The notes under the pieces were generated by a model that worked only from the letters and a program-made list of their open reading frames with translations, had not been told where the DNA came from and searched no databases. From the NCBI GenBank assembly GCA_031267545.1, contig JAIRYU010000034.1:1-31100 (forward strand): DNA of 31,100 nt. The letters run 5' to 3'. Positions 17,149 to 27,209 of this stretch are shown here, one piece after another; position 1 is the stretch's first letter, and every line of letters starts with the position of its first letter. The translations under genes and the position numbers were made by a program. This stretch comes from Holosporales bacterium. Its GTDB lineage: Bacteria; Pseudomonadota; Alphaproteobacteria; RUG11792.

Positions 17149-17154
17149 TATAAT
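17149..17154 (+). promoter_or_regulatory. Putative -10 element for the rpsP-rimM-lpxB-tatD run
   Basis: TATAAT 49 nt upstream of the rpsP ATG; weak -35. Confidence 0.4.
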
Positions 17155-17203
17155 GCAACAGAGTGTGTTTTAATGTTACATATTTTTCACTGGAAGGGTC
17201 TGC

Positions 17204-17545
17204 ATGGCTTTGAGAATAAGATTAGCAAGAGGCGGAGCGAAAAAACGGCCGTTTTATAGGATGGTGGTGGCCGAGAATACATCCCCGCGCGATGGGAAGT
17301 TTGTGGAACGCGTTGGCTCGTACAATCCATTGATAGAACGCGGGAAGGATGGACGCGTTGTCGCTGATATCGATCGCGTTAAATATTGGCTTTCGGTAGG
17401 AGCGAAGGCGACGGAACGCGTTGAAAAGTTGCTAGCGGGCCTTGGTATAGTTCCGCAACCTCCCATCAGGGTAACTCCCCAAAAATCAGCTCCGAAGAAG
17501 AAGGCCCAAGAGAGAGCAAAGGCAGCTCGTGAAGCGCAGCTATAG
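17204..17545 (+). CDS. rpsP: 30S ribosomal protein S16
   Basis: MALRIRLARGGAKKRPFYRMVVA, SPRDGKFVERVGSYNP, YWLSVGAKATERV. Confidence 0.99.
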   Translation: MALRIRLARGGAKKRPFYRMVVAENTSPRDGKFVERVGSYNPLIERGKDGRVVADIDRVKYWLSVGAKATERVEKLLAGLGIVPQPPIRVTPQKSAPKKKAQERAKAAREAQL

Positions 17546-17569
17546 TGTTTTATTCGCTTACATAATTCC

Positions 17570-18076
17570 GTGAAATCTGGAAGCGTTTGCATTGGCGTCA
17601 TCTCTAAACCGGTGGGAGTAAAGGGTGATGTCAAGGTACGAGTTTTCACAGAAACCGCTGAATCTTTTTTGAAGATAAAGGGTATTTTTCTGGAAACTGG
17701 CGCAGAGCTGAAGTTGTTGTGTCCCAAGGTAAGATCGCCCACAACGGTGGTGGCCGGGCTAGGCCTGCGCGGCGACAGGACGGCGGCGGAGTCGTTTCGC
17801 GGCAAACGCCTGTTTGCATACTTGAATGATTTTCCACCGCTTGACGACGGGGAGTACTATCTGGAAAGCCTTGTCGGTATGGCGGCTGTGGATCGTAGCG
17901 GCAACGTCGTTGGACATATATCGGCGTCGTTTGATTTTGGCGCCGGAGCGTTCTTAGATATAACGACTAGTGAATCTGGTAATGTGGCAACTATCCAGTT
18001 TAATAGTACAGCCATCCTGGATATCGACAATGTTGGAGGGATCATTAAGCTGGATGAGCAGTTCATACTCAGGTAA
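17570..18076 (+). CDS. rimM: 16S rRNA processing protein RimM
   Basis: IGVISKPVGVKGDVKV, DRTAAESFRG, EYYLESLVG, FDFGAGAFL; follows rpsP. Confidence 0.93.
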   Translation: MKSGSVCIGVISKPVGVKGDVKVRVFTETAESFLKIKGIFLETGAELKLLCPKVRSPTTVVAGLGLRGDRTAAESFRGKRLFAYLNDFPPLDDGEYYLESLVGMAAVDRSGNVVGHISASFDFGAGAFLDITTSESGNVATIQFNSTAILDIDNVGGIIKLDEQFILR

Positions 18077-19139
18077 CCTATACATCATAGCCGGGGAAGC
18101 GTCTGGCGACAAACTTGGATCGCGCATAATCGACAATCTGGAAGGCGTAGAGATATCGGGCGTTGGAGGCCCCCTGATGGAAGCTCGCGGATTTTGTAGC
18201 CTCTTTAATATCAACGAAATCTCGGTCGGCGGTATATGGGAAGCCGCTCGCAGTATTCTAAAAATTCGAAAGCTAATTCAAAAAACGGTAGACGATATCG
18301 TTCTAAAGAAACCGCGCGTAATATTGACGATCGATTCGCCGGAGTTCTGTTTTAGAGTCGCGTGCCGCGTTAAGTCTATCATGCCGGAGGCTAAGCTGAT
18401 TCATCTGGTGGCGCCAAGCGTTTGGGCATGGCGGCCTAATAGAGCAAAATCTATCGCCAGGATGTATAATCATATCATGACATTGTTCGATTTCGAGCCT
18501 CCGTACTTTACGAAGTATGGACTGCCTGCAACGTTTGTTGGGCACCCTGCTATAGAAGAGTTTCACGAATCACAATGCGACTCAAAGGAATCTGCCCTCC
18601 TGCTAATGCCAGGCAGTCGCGTTCAGGAAGTCAAAAGTCACTTACCGGTATTTTTGGAAGCGGCAAAAAAAATTGAAGCCGACAGAATAGTCGTTCCCAC
18701 AATAGACTCTATAAGGCCATTGGTAGAATCTATGATTAACGACAAACGAATTGAGGTAATATCGGACGAATCCGAAAAAATGGAATTGTATAGAAAGGCA
18801 AGTTTCGCGATAGTAGCAAGCGGAACGGCAACGTTGCATTTGGCGCTTTCATCGTGTCCGATGGCGGTTTGCTACCGCATGTCTCCGGTGTCATATGCAA
18901 TCATTAAGAGACTGGTAAAAGTGGAATATATCTCGCTGGCCAATATCATATTGGGAGAAAAAGTTGTCCCTGAACTTATACAGGGAGCATGTACTCCAAT
19001 GGAGATAGTCAAAGCAATCAGTCATATTGACCGCGTTCAACAAACTTCGTCGTTTCGGAAGATTAGGAGTAGATTGCTATTAAATGGTATGCTGCCGAGC
19101 AAAGCGATTTCTACCACTCTCGGTCAATATCTCGTATAG
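18054..19139 (+). CDS. lpxB: Lipid-A-disaccharide synthase
   Basis: IIAGEASGD, TIDSPEF, HLVAPSVWAWRPNRA, FVGHP, LMPGSR, ASGTATL, ISLANII. Start moved to ATG 18054 because the track's 17970 lies deep inside rimM. Confidence 0.96.
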   Translation: MSSSYSGNLYIIAGEASGDKLGSRIIDNLEGVEISGVGGPLMEARGFCSLFNINEISVGGIWEAARSILKIRKLIQKTVDDIVLKKPRVILTIDSPEFCFRVACRVKSIMPEAKLIHLVAPSVWAWRPNRAKSIARMYNHIMTLFDFEPPYFTKYGLPATFVGHPAIEEFHESQCDSKESALLLMPGSRVQEVKSHLPVFLEAAKKIEADRIVVPTIDSIRPLVESMINDKRIEVISDESEKMELYRKASFAIVASGTATLHLALSSCPMAVCYRMSPVSYAIIKRLVKVEYISLANIILGEKVVPELIQGACTPMEIVKAISHIDRVQQTSSFRKIRSRLLLNGMLPSKAISTTLGQYLV

Positions 19140-19168
19140 TAACTTAAGAACAGATAAGCTTATGCCAC

Positions 19169-19960
19169 ATGGATATCGAAATGAGCGGCCTAATTGATTC
19201 GCACGCGCACTTGTTTTACGAGGGAATTTACGACTCTCTAGAGGATAAGATGCGCCTCGCAAAACTCTCTGGAGTTGACTATATTTTGAGCGTTGGAACC
19301 GATTCCAAAACCATAGCCAAAAACATTGAGATATCCAAGAGGTTCGATAACGTGTTCGCATCGGTTGGAATTCATCCGCATCACTTCAAAGACGGATACG
19401 ACACAGCCGAGTTGATCGAACTTTCTAAGGATGAAAAGGTCGTCGCGATTGGCGAAGTAGGGCTTGATTATCATTACGATGACTCCACGTCAAAGTCCGA
19501 CCAGCTTACCCTATTCAGGGACATGCTATCCATTGCAAAGGAGTGTGGGCTGCCATATATAATTCACGCAAGGGAGTGCTTCGATGATATTTTTGACGCC
19601 ATGTCGGAGTACGACCTACCGCCATCCGTATTTCACTGCTATACCGATACCAGGGAAAATGCCGCCAGAATTCTCGATGAAGGACACTACATATCGTTCG
19701 CCGGAGTTGTCACATTCAAAAATTCTGTCGAGCTAAGAGAGATAGCGAGGTACGTGCCGGACGACAGATTTTTGATAGAAACGGATTGCCCGTATTTATC
19801 GCCTGTACCGTACCGCGGACAACAAAACGAGCCAGCATTTGTGAGTTTGGTGGCGGAATGCATCGCGCAGGTTCGAAACGTTGCAGCGGATGATATCGCT
19901 CAGATAACGTCCGATAATTTTTTCAGGCTTTTTCATAAGGCCGCGCGTCACGTTATTTAA
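19169..19960 (+). CDS. tatD: TatD-family metal-dependent hydrolase/DNase
   Basis: IDSHAHL, GIHPH, IGEVGLDY, IIHARE, FHCY, IETDCPYL. Confidence 0.93.
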   Translation: MDIEMSGLIDSHAHLFYEGIYDSLEDKMRLAKLSGVDYILSVGTDSKTIAKNIEISKRFDNVFASVGIHPHHFKDGYDTAELIELSKDEKVVAIGEVGLDYHYDDSTSKSDQLTLFRDMLSIAKECGLPYIIHARECFDDIFDAMSEYDLPPSVFHCYTDTRENAARILDEGHYISFAGVVTFKNSVELREIARYVPDDRFLIETDCPYLSPVPYRGQQNEPAFVSLVAECIAQVRNVAADDIAQITSDNFFRLFHKAARHVI

Positions 19961-19984
19961 CGGCAAAAGCGATTGTGATTGATG

Positions 19985-19990
19985 TATAAT
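19985..19990 (+). promoter_or_regulatory. Possible -10 element for plsC-rodA
   Basis: TATAAT 45 nt upstream of the plsC ATG; no clear -35. Confidence 0.35.
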
Positions 19991-20035
19991 TGACGCGATC
20001 AACAGACGATAATTAGTCGCATCAACCGCTTCTGT

Positions 20036-20716
20036 ATGCTTCGATCCTTTTTGTTCAGTATTGTTTTCTGGCCGATATTTGTAGCGTACATCGCTCTCAT
20101 GTATCCGCTTGCCGCCATCTCCTCGTCAAGAGTTGTTTTACTGACGGTGTATCGCCCAGTAACGAGATGGCTTTTGTTTTGTCTGAAGAGAATTGCTAAC
20201 GTTGGATATGAAATTAGAAACCTCGAGAATGTCCCGACAGTCCCTTGCATCATTGGATGTAACCACCAATCCACCTGGGAAACATTCATTTTCTCGCTAC
20301 TCTTCGATAATCTATCGATTGTAATCAAGCGCGAACTCTTGAAAAAGCCGATTGCCGGAATGTATTTCAGGAGGATTGGATGCATTCCAATTGACAGATC
20401 GTCCCCTATTTCTGCAATAAAGACACTGGTTAAGCGCGGGGGGGAAGCGTATCGTATCGGAAAGAATATCCTCATTTTCCCCAATGGAACTAGAGGTGAC
20501 GCGGCTAATCAGACAGAGTACAAGAGTGGAATTTACGCGATATACAAAGCAACCGGAGCCCCGGTAGTTCCGGTAAAGGTAAACTCCGGATTATGCTGGC
20601 CGCATAAATCATTCCGCAAGGCGCCGGGGACCATAGCGCTGGACTTTAAGGACACCATAACGCCGGGCCTTGAAAGGGCAGAGTTCTTTGCTGAATTTGA
20701 AGCAAAGATGGGATAA
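20036..20716 (+). CDS. plsC: 1-acyl-sn-glycerol-3-phosphate acyltransferase
   Basis: NHQSTWE, VIKRELL, IPIDRS, IFPNGTR, VVPVKVNSGLCWP. Confidence 0.9.
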   Translation: MLRSFLFSIVFWPIFVAYIALMYPLAAISSSRVVLLTVYRPVTRWLLFCLKRIANVGYEIRNLENVPTVPCIIGCNHQSTWETFIFSLLFDNLSIVIKRELLKKPIAGMYFRRIGCIPIDRSSPISAIKTLVKRGGEAYRIGKNILIFPNGTRGDAANQTEYKSGIYAIYKATGAPVVPVKVNSGLCWPHKSFRKAPGTIALDFKDTITPGLERAEFFAEFEAKMG

Positions 20717-20726
20717 TAAATTCGCA

Positions 20727-21824
20727 ATGAAAATACGAATAAGACCATGCCCTTTGTTCCCGCTTACCGTCGTTATTGCAATATCGCTACTTGCGTTATT
20801 GATGCTATACTCTATAGGAGCTGGGAGCTTTTATCCGTGGTGCGTCAACCAGTTCTGTCGGCTTTTATTAGGAATCGCCGCTGTTTTTATAGCCTCGTCT
20901 ACACCTGTTAGTTTTTGGAAAAGGCGCGCCTATTTTGGATACATGATTTGTGTGGTAATGCTGGCGTGCGTGGCTGTAGTCGGGAAAATATCGATGGGAG
21001 CGCAAAGGTGGCTTAGCCTGTACTTCTTTAACCTTCAACCATCCGAACTCATGAGAGTTGCAATGATAATTGCGCTATCAAGATACTTCGCCGATCTTGG
21101 AATAAGCGCCGTTACGAGGAACGTCTCGTTGATATTCCCGACGTCGTTAATGGCAATCCCAGTTTTCATGGTTTTACTTCAACCAGACCTCGGTACGGCA
21201 ACTATTTTATTTTGTACATTTGTCGCAATACTGTTCGCCTGTGGAGTACAAATCTGGAAATTTATAGTTACGCTTGCTGGACTAGCAGGAGCTATGCCGT
21301 TACTATGGAACATGCTCCATCAGTATCAACGCGAGAGAGTTCTCGTATTTTTGAACCCTGAGTTAGATCCAAGCAGATCTGGGTATCATGTAATTCAATC
21401 TCAAATAGCGTTAGGTTCAGGCGGATTATATGGGAAGGGGTTACTCAATGGATCGCAGTGCCAACTCAATTTCTTACCAGAAAAGCAGACTGATTTTGTT
21501 TTTGCCGCGCTTGGAGAGGAACTCGGGTTTGCCGGATGCGCGGCGCTTATCGCGCTGTATGCCATGTTAATGATCTACAATTTAGGAGTAGCCATGAGGG
21601 CGCGAGATAGATTTGGTCAGACTCTTGTATTTGGAATTAACGCAATGCTGTTCCTCTACATCTTCATAAACATCTCGATGGTTTGCGGGCTACTACCTGT
21701 AGTTGGGATACCGCTCCCATTCTTTTCGTACGGAGGAAGCGCCTTGATAGTTTTGTTATTCTGCCAGGGGCTCATATTCGCGGTTGATATTGAGAACAAA
21801 ACTAGATCCGGCATCAAGAGGTAG
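20727..21824 (+). CDS. rodA: Rod shape-determining protein RodA (SEDS family)
   Basis: MGAQRWL, LQPSELMR, LQPDLGTA, YQRERV, GYHVIQSQIALGSGG, LPEKQTDFVF, VGIPLPFFSYGGS. Start ATG 20727. Confidence 0.93.
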   Translation: MKIRIRPCPLFPLTVVIAISLLALLMLYSIGAGSFYPWCVNQFCRLLLGIAAVFIASSTPVSFWKRRAYFGYMICVVMLACVAVVGKISMGAQRWLSLYFFNLQPSELMRVAMIIALSRYFADLGISAVTRNVSLIFPTSLMAIPVFMVLLQPDLGTATILFCTFVAILFACGVQIWKFIVTLAGLAGAMPLLWNMLHQYQRERVLVFLNPELDPSRSGYHVIQSQIALGSGGLYGKGLLNGSQCQLNFLPEKQTDFVFAALGEELGFAGCAALIALYAMLMIYNLGVAMRARDRFGQTLVFGINAMLFLYIFINISMVCGLLPVVGIPLPFFSYGGSALIVLLFCQGLIFAVDIENKTRSGIKR

Positions 21825-21859
21825 TAGCAATCGCTTATTTCTATGAGTTTAAAAAGGAT

Positions 21860-22981
21860 CTATCTGTCGCAGCATCCCATAATGAAGTCCACAGATCCGA
21901 GGATTGCTGTGATATCAGGTATTGTGACTCCCACGAGCAGTTTCCTTAGAAATTGAACATGCGCAAACGATGGAGACTGAAAGCTCATTTTATGTACGTG
22001 GTGTGAATCGTCTCCAACTTCCATACGAATTCCGAACTCTCCGCGCGGCGTTTCCGTTGATGCGCAGACGACTGAATTTCGTGGAAGCCCGCGAATTGTA
22101 AGCCGCTTGGCGCACTCGTCGTTACGATAGTTCCCTGACGGGAGTATTCCGAGGCACCTCTTTATAAGCTCCATGCTTTGTTTAATCTCCAAAAATCTGA
22201 GACGGAACCTAGCATGGCAATCGCCTTCATGTAGTACGATCGGATTGAACCCTAACAACGCATACGCCCCGTACGGCGCGGAAACTCTGACATCTTTTGC
22301 ATTCCCGGACGCCCTTACATTTACTCCCGAGACGCCATTTGCTATAGCTTCTTCAGCCACAATCTTACCTATGCCAACAGTTCGCTTAATAAAGATTCTA
22401 TTATTAATAGCCAATTTTTCTACGGCGTCTAGGTAAAATCCTATACCTTCGATAAAGGCCTTGATCTTCTCAATTACAGATTCTGAGAGATCGCAGAAAA
22501 CGCCGCCTGGCGCGTAGTACGCGAGATGCATCCTTGCGCCAGTTGTCTCCTCAAAAACAGACATTATCTTCTCCCTCTCTTCGACGCCATAAAGTAGTAG
22601 ACTGAGGCATCCGAGATCAAACGTCATAGATCCTATGCTCATGATGTGGCTTGAGATTCTAGTCAGCTCGTCAAAGATCGCGCGAATAAAAATTGCCCGC
22701 TCCGTCGCCTGCGCGCCTAGTAGTTTTTCGATTGCGATGACGTATGCGTGTTCCTGAATTGCAGGAGACAAATAATCCAATCTATCTACATACGGAATCA
22801 CAGATATGAACTTTTTGCCTTCGACTATCTTTTCGATTCCTCTATGTAAGTATCCAGTGATGGGTTCGCATGCAATTACCTCCTCTCCCGACATCGTCAA
22901 CTTCAACCTCAAAACTCCGTGTGTAGACGGGTGATGCGGGCCGAAATTTATGGTGTAGACATTACTCCGCGACGCCGTCAT
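21860..22981 (-). CDS. nuoD: NADH-quinone oxidoreductase subunit D-like protein, diverged and stand-alone
   Basis: NFGPHHPSTHGVLRL, GYLHRGIEK, DRLDY, GARMH, ETPRGEFG; C-terminus DFIMGCCDR. Confidence 0.9.
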   Translation of the reverse strand: MTASRSNVYTINFGPHHPSTHGVLRLKLTMSGEEVIACEPITGYLHRGIEKIVEGKKFISVIPYVDRLDYLSPAIQEHAYVIAIEKLLGAQATERAIFIRAIFDELTRISSHIMSIGSMTFDLGCLSLLLYGVEEREKIMSVFEETTGARMHLAYYAPGGVFCDLSESVIEKIKAFIEGIGFYLDAVEKLAINNRIFIKRTVGIGKIVAEEAIANGVSGVNVRASGNAKDVRVSAPYGAYALLGFNPIVLHEGDCHARFRLRFLEIKQSMELIKRCLGILPSGNYRNDECAKRLTIRGLPRNSVVCASTETPRGEFGIRMEVGDDSHHVHKMSFQSPSFAHVQFLRKLLVGVTIPDITAILGSVDFIMGCCDR

Positions 22982-23372
22982 TTTTCAGTAGCGCGTCTAT
23001 CTTGCTTGCTCGTTCGGAAGTTTGGTCGAATTTAAATACGATATTAGGCACAACTCGCAACGACAATTTTTGGGCTATGAGATTTTTAAAAAAGTGGATC
23101 TGTATTCTAAAAAATTCCAACACCTCATCTACTGCATGATTGTCCAATGCAGTGAAGAATACGGTTGCATTGCGGAGATCGGGAGATAAATCGACGTACG
23201 TAATTGTTATGAGGCTCGGTCGCAACGCAGGAGTTGCATCGTCTTGCATATGATGAAAATCGCCGCGTATTAGAGCAAGTGACAATAGCTCCTTAATCTG
23301 CGCTGCAACTCTATCGTTCCGACGCCCAGTAGTTTTCCTTTTCTTTGGAACAAACAGATCTAACTTATTCAT
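22962..23372 (-). CDS. rbfA: Ribosome-binding factor A
   Basis: RRNDRVAAQIKELLS, ITYVDLSPDLRNATVFF, LRVVPNIVFKFDQT. Confidence 0.93.
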   Translation of the reverse strand: MNKLDLFVPKKRKTTGRRNDRVAAQIKELLSLALIRGDFHHMQDDATPALRPSLITITYVDLSPDLRNATVFFTALDNHAVDEVLEFFRIQIHFFKNLIAQKLSLRVVPNIVFKFDQTSERASKIDALLKNDGVAE

Positions 23373-23409
23373 CCAGAAGCCCTCGCAAGGATACAGAAAT
23401 CACGAGATG

Positions 23410-23418
23410 ATGATACCA
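23410..23418 (-). promoter_or_regulatory. Possible extended -10 promoter for rbfA-nuoD
   Basis: TGgTATCAT on the minus strand, 37 nt upstream of the rbfA ATG. Confidence 0.35.
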
Positions 23419-23436
23419 TGTCGAGGCTGAAAGGTA

Positions 23437-25013
<1,577 letters not shown>

Positions 25014-25055
25014 AGAAAATACCAGAGGCTACGGGATTGTCCAGAAGCTGCGCTC

Positions 25056-25084
25056 ACTATATCCTAGTTTATGAAGGCGCGCAA
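25056..25084 (-). promoter_or_regulatory. Putative sigma70 promoter for recR-obgE
   Basis: TTGCGC-N17-TATAGT on the minus strand, 42 nt upstream of the recR GTG. Confidence 0.55.
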
Positions 25085-25102
25085 GTTCTTCGAGCCCCCA
25101 AC

Positions 25103-26914
25103 TCAACAACATATCGCGATCGCGACAAGTAACGTTAACCCAAAGATCACCCATATCACATGAGCCGCAACCAATTGTTGATGCGCGCCGGATAGCGTTA
25201 CATTGACGCTCCGTAAAAGCCTGTAACCACTCGCGCGCGCGATGTTGCCTATGGCTTCATTGAATATGTTAATAGTCTTCGCTACGCTCAACGTAACCCC
25301 CGCAACAAAGCCACAAAACCGCTCATGTATTCCGCCTCCATTTAATATTGCCACGAACCTTAATATTTGGATTACCGCCTTTGCTCTTGAGAATCGCGCG
25401 ATCAGCAAAACAGCGACAACCGACATAACAATCTGGATCATCTCCTCCGCGCCAGCCATGAAACAGTCAGGCGCGCTACGCGCATGTTCGATCTCAAATT
25501 CGCAAAGACGCAAATTACCACGCGAGTACATACTCCACGCATAAAGCGATCCTAAGATAGATACGATTACGAGCGACCACACCGGTATCAAATTACATTT
25601 ATTTTGATTCGCAACCGTTGGCAGCGTAATTTCGCTCATCCCAAATACGCCGCCGTACAGAGTGATCATAACCAGCCTAAACAGCGCAACAGTGGCAAGT
25701 ATGTTTCCCGCTACATTTACAATGGTTAGAAACGGCGCATCAACCGTTTGAATCGACGCAATAAATGGAACCTTTGCGAAAAATCCGGGCGCAAACGGTA
25801 ACCCGACGGCTATCGCAAACACACCCCATATCATACCGGTTAGTTTCGGAGACTTATTTTTGATACTTCCAATTTTGTAGATGTTCTGTTCTCCTGCGGT
25901 CAGAGAAATTAAATGCGCAAACCCCATGAACAGAGCCGCTTTAAAGAGAGCATGACAAACAAAGGTCAATGTTGACAAAGAATACATCTTCAGTCCGCAC
26001 GCTATAAACATACTGCCGGTAGACGACGCAGTTAAGCGCGCCATGATTTTCTTTACATTATTGTGGATTGCGGCGCGGAATGCCATTAGCGTAAATGTAC
26101 AGGCCCCAAACACAACCATCAGGAATGGTAACAGCTCAAATTGCTCGAACATGAAGTGAAACTTTGTAATGAATATAATTCCGACTCCTACAATAGTTCC
26201 GGAGTGAATTAGGATTGAGGCAGATGTGTTAGCTTTAACTGCATCGACTAACCAATGCGAAAACGGAATTTGCGCCCCCTTGCACAAACATGCAACCATC
26301 AAGAAAGTCGACGGCCATAAAAATTTCTTGGAACCTCCGCCAGAATACGCGCTTACAACATTCTCAAACTCTAGTCCGCCGGCATGAAATGCGATGATAA
26401 CTACGGCTACCAAAAACAGAAGGCTCGCAAATTTGTTGAAAGCGAACACCCTAGTTGCTTGCAGAATTGCTCCATTCCCGAGTCCAACTATCATAGTAGA
26501 TATAAGGCCCATCGCTTCAACAGCTACGTAAAATTGAAAAAGGTTATTTGAAAATACAGCCATACACATGAAAAATACAAATATATTTAGAGGCCATAAC
26601 TTGCTTTCGCTACGATTTTTATTTGTCAGTATCCCATCGGCAAAATGCAGGCAGCAAAGTATTGCGGATATAATCAGGCAAATTACGGTTTCTACCATAC
26701 CGAAACAAAATGATAACCCAAAACAAACTTTGTCAATTTCAAATAATGGGATGCTACATCTAATATCGTCCGGAGATAATAACAACGCGACGCCAAACAG
26801 AAGGCCCGCGCCTACCGCTCCCCACTTTGCAATCTGCGAAAACCTAACAACGGCTCCGAATCCTCCGGAAAACAACAAGACGATCATGGGCAGTATCCCA
26901 AGCTCATCCGTCAT
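25103..26914 (-). CDS. nuoL: NuoL/ND5-like antiporter-type subunit, diverged
   Basis: VEAMGLIS (TM5 Glu), CKGAQIPFSHWLVDA (TM7 Lys), LIHSGT, HALFKAALF, GFFAK, plus a C-terminal amphipathic stretch and final TM. Start is probably ATG 26914 (overlapping nuoK) rather than 26986. Confidence 0.8.
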   Translation of the reverse strand: MTDELGILPMIVLLFSGGFGAVVRFSQIAKWGAVGAGLLFGVALLLSPDDIRCSIPLFEIDKVCFGLSFCFGMVETVICLIISAILCCLHFADGILTNKNRSESKLWPLNIFVFFMCMAVFSNNLFQFYVAVEAMGLISTMIVGLGNGAILQATRVFAFNKFASLLFLVAVVIIAFHAGGLEFENVVSAYSGGGSKKFLWPSTFLMVACLCKGAQIPFSHWLVDAVKANTSASILIHSGTIVGVGIIFITKFHFMFEQFELLPFLMVVFGACTFTLMAFRAAIHNNVKKIMARLTASSTGSMFIACGLKMYSLSTLTFVCHALFKAALFMGFAHLISLTAGEQNIYKIGSIKNKSPKLTGMIWGVFAIAVGLPFAPGFFAKVPFIASIQTVDAPFLTIVNVAGNILATVALFRLVMITLYGGVFGMSEITLPTVANQNKCNLIPVWSLVIVSILGSLYAWSMYSRGNLRLCEFEIEHARSAPDCFMAGAEEMIQIVMSVVAVLLIARFSRAKAVIQILRFVAILNGGGIHERFCGFVAGVTLSVAKTINIFNEAIGNIARASGYRLLRSVNVTLSGAHQQLVAAHVIWVIFGLTLLVAIAICC

Positions 26915-27209
26915 TATCCCTACCTTTATCCAGAAGATTGACACGCCTGTCATCTGCGATCTGCGAATTAAAGATTGTGAATACAACGCCTAAAACAAGC
27001 CCTCCCAAGACAACGGCAACCAGTATCATAAGGTGTCCCGATTTTATCGGGAAATCTCCGGCCGCCGCTGAGAAATTGATGATGCTAGCAAAGATCATTA
27101 TCTCTATCGAAATAATAATCTTTACTACATTAGATTGCGCCACAAGCCCCAATAATCCGATACAAAACAAAAACCCGCTGAGAATTACAATATTCTCGCA
27201 ACCGCTCAT
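26904..27209 (-). CDS. nuoK: NuoK/ND4L-like small membrane subunit
   Basis: 101 aa, three TM segments, LFCIGLLG, ISIEIM with Glu at position 36 as in E. coli NuoK; position 72 is Val. Confidence 0.78.
   Translation of the reverse strand: MSGCENIVILSGFLFCIGLLGLVAQSNVVKIIISIEIMIFASIINFSAAAGDFPIKSGHLMILVAVVLGGLVLGVVFTIFNSQIADDRRVNLLDKGRDNDG

Noticed and set aside
17970-18053. Long N-terminal extension of LpxB in the ORF track
   Set aside because: It lies inside rimM; LpxB homology begins just after ATG 18054. The same reasoning applies to the track starts for rodA (20670), nuoL (26986) and pdhA (7597).
20476-20493. PlsC motif FPNGTR instead of FPEGTR
   Set aside because: This position varies among alphaproteobacterial acyltransferases and the other motifs are intact; not evidence of altered function.
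21860-22981. [NiFe]-hydrogenase large subunit
   Set aside because: The N-terminal RxCxxC is absent (DRLDY instead), only one C-terminal Cys position aligns, and NuoD quinone-site residues are present.
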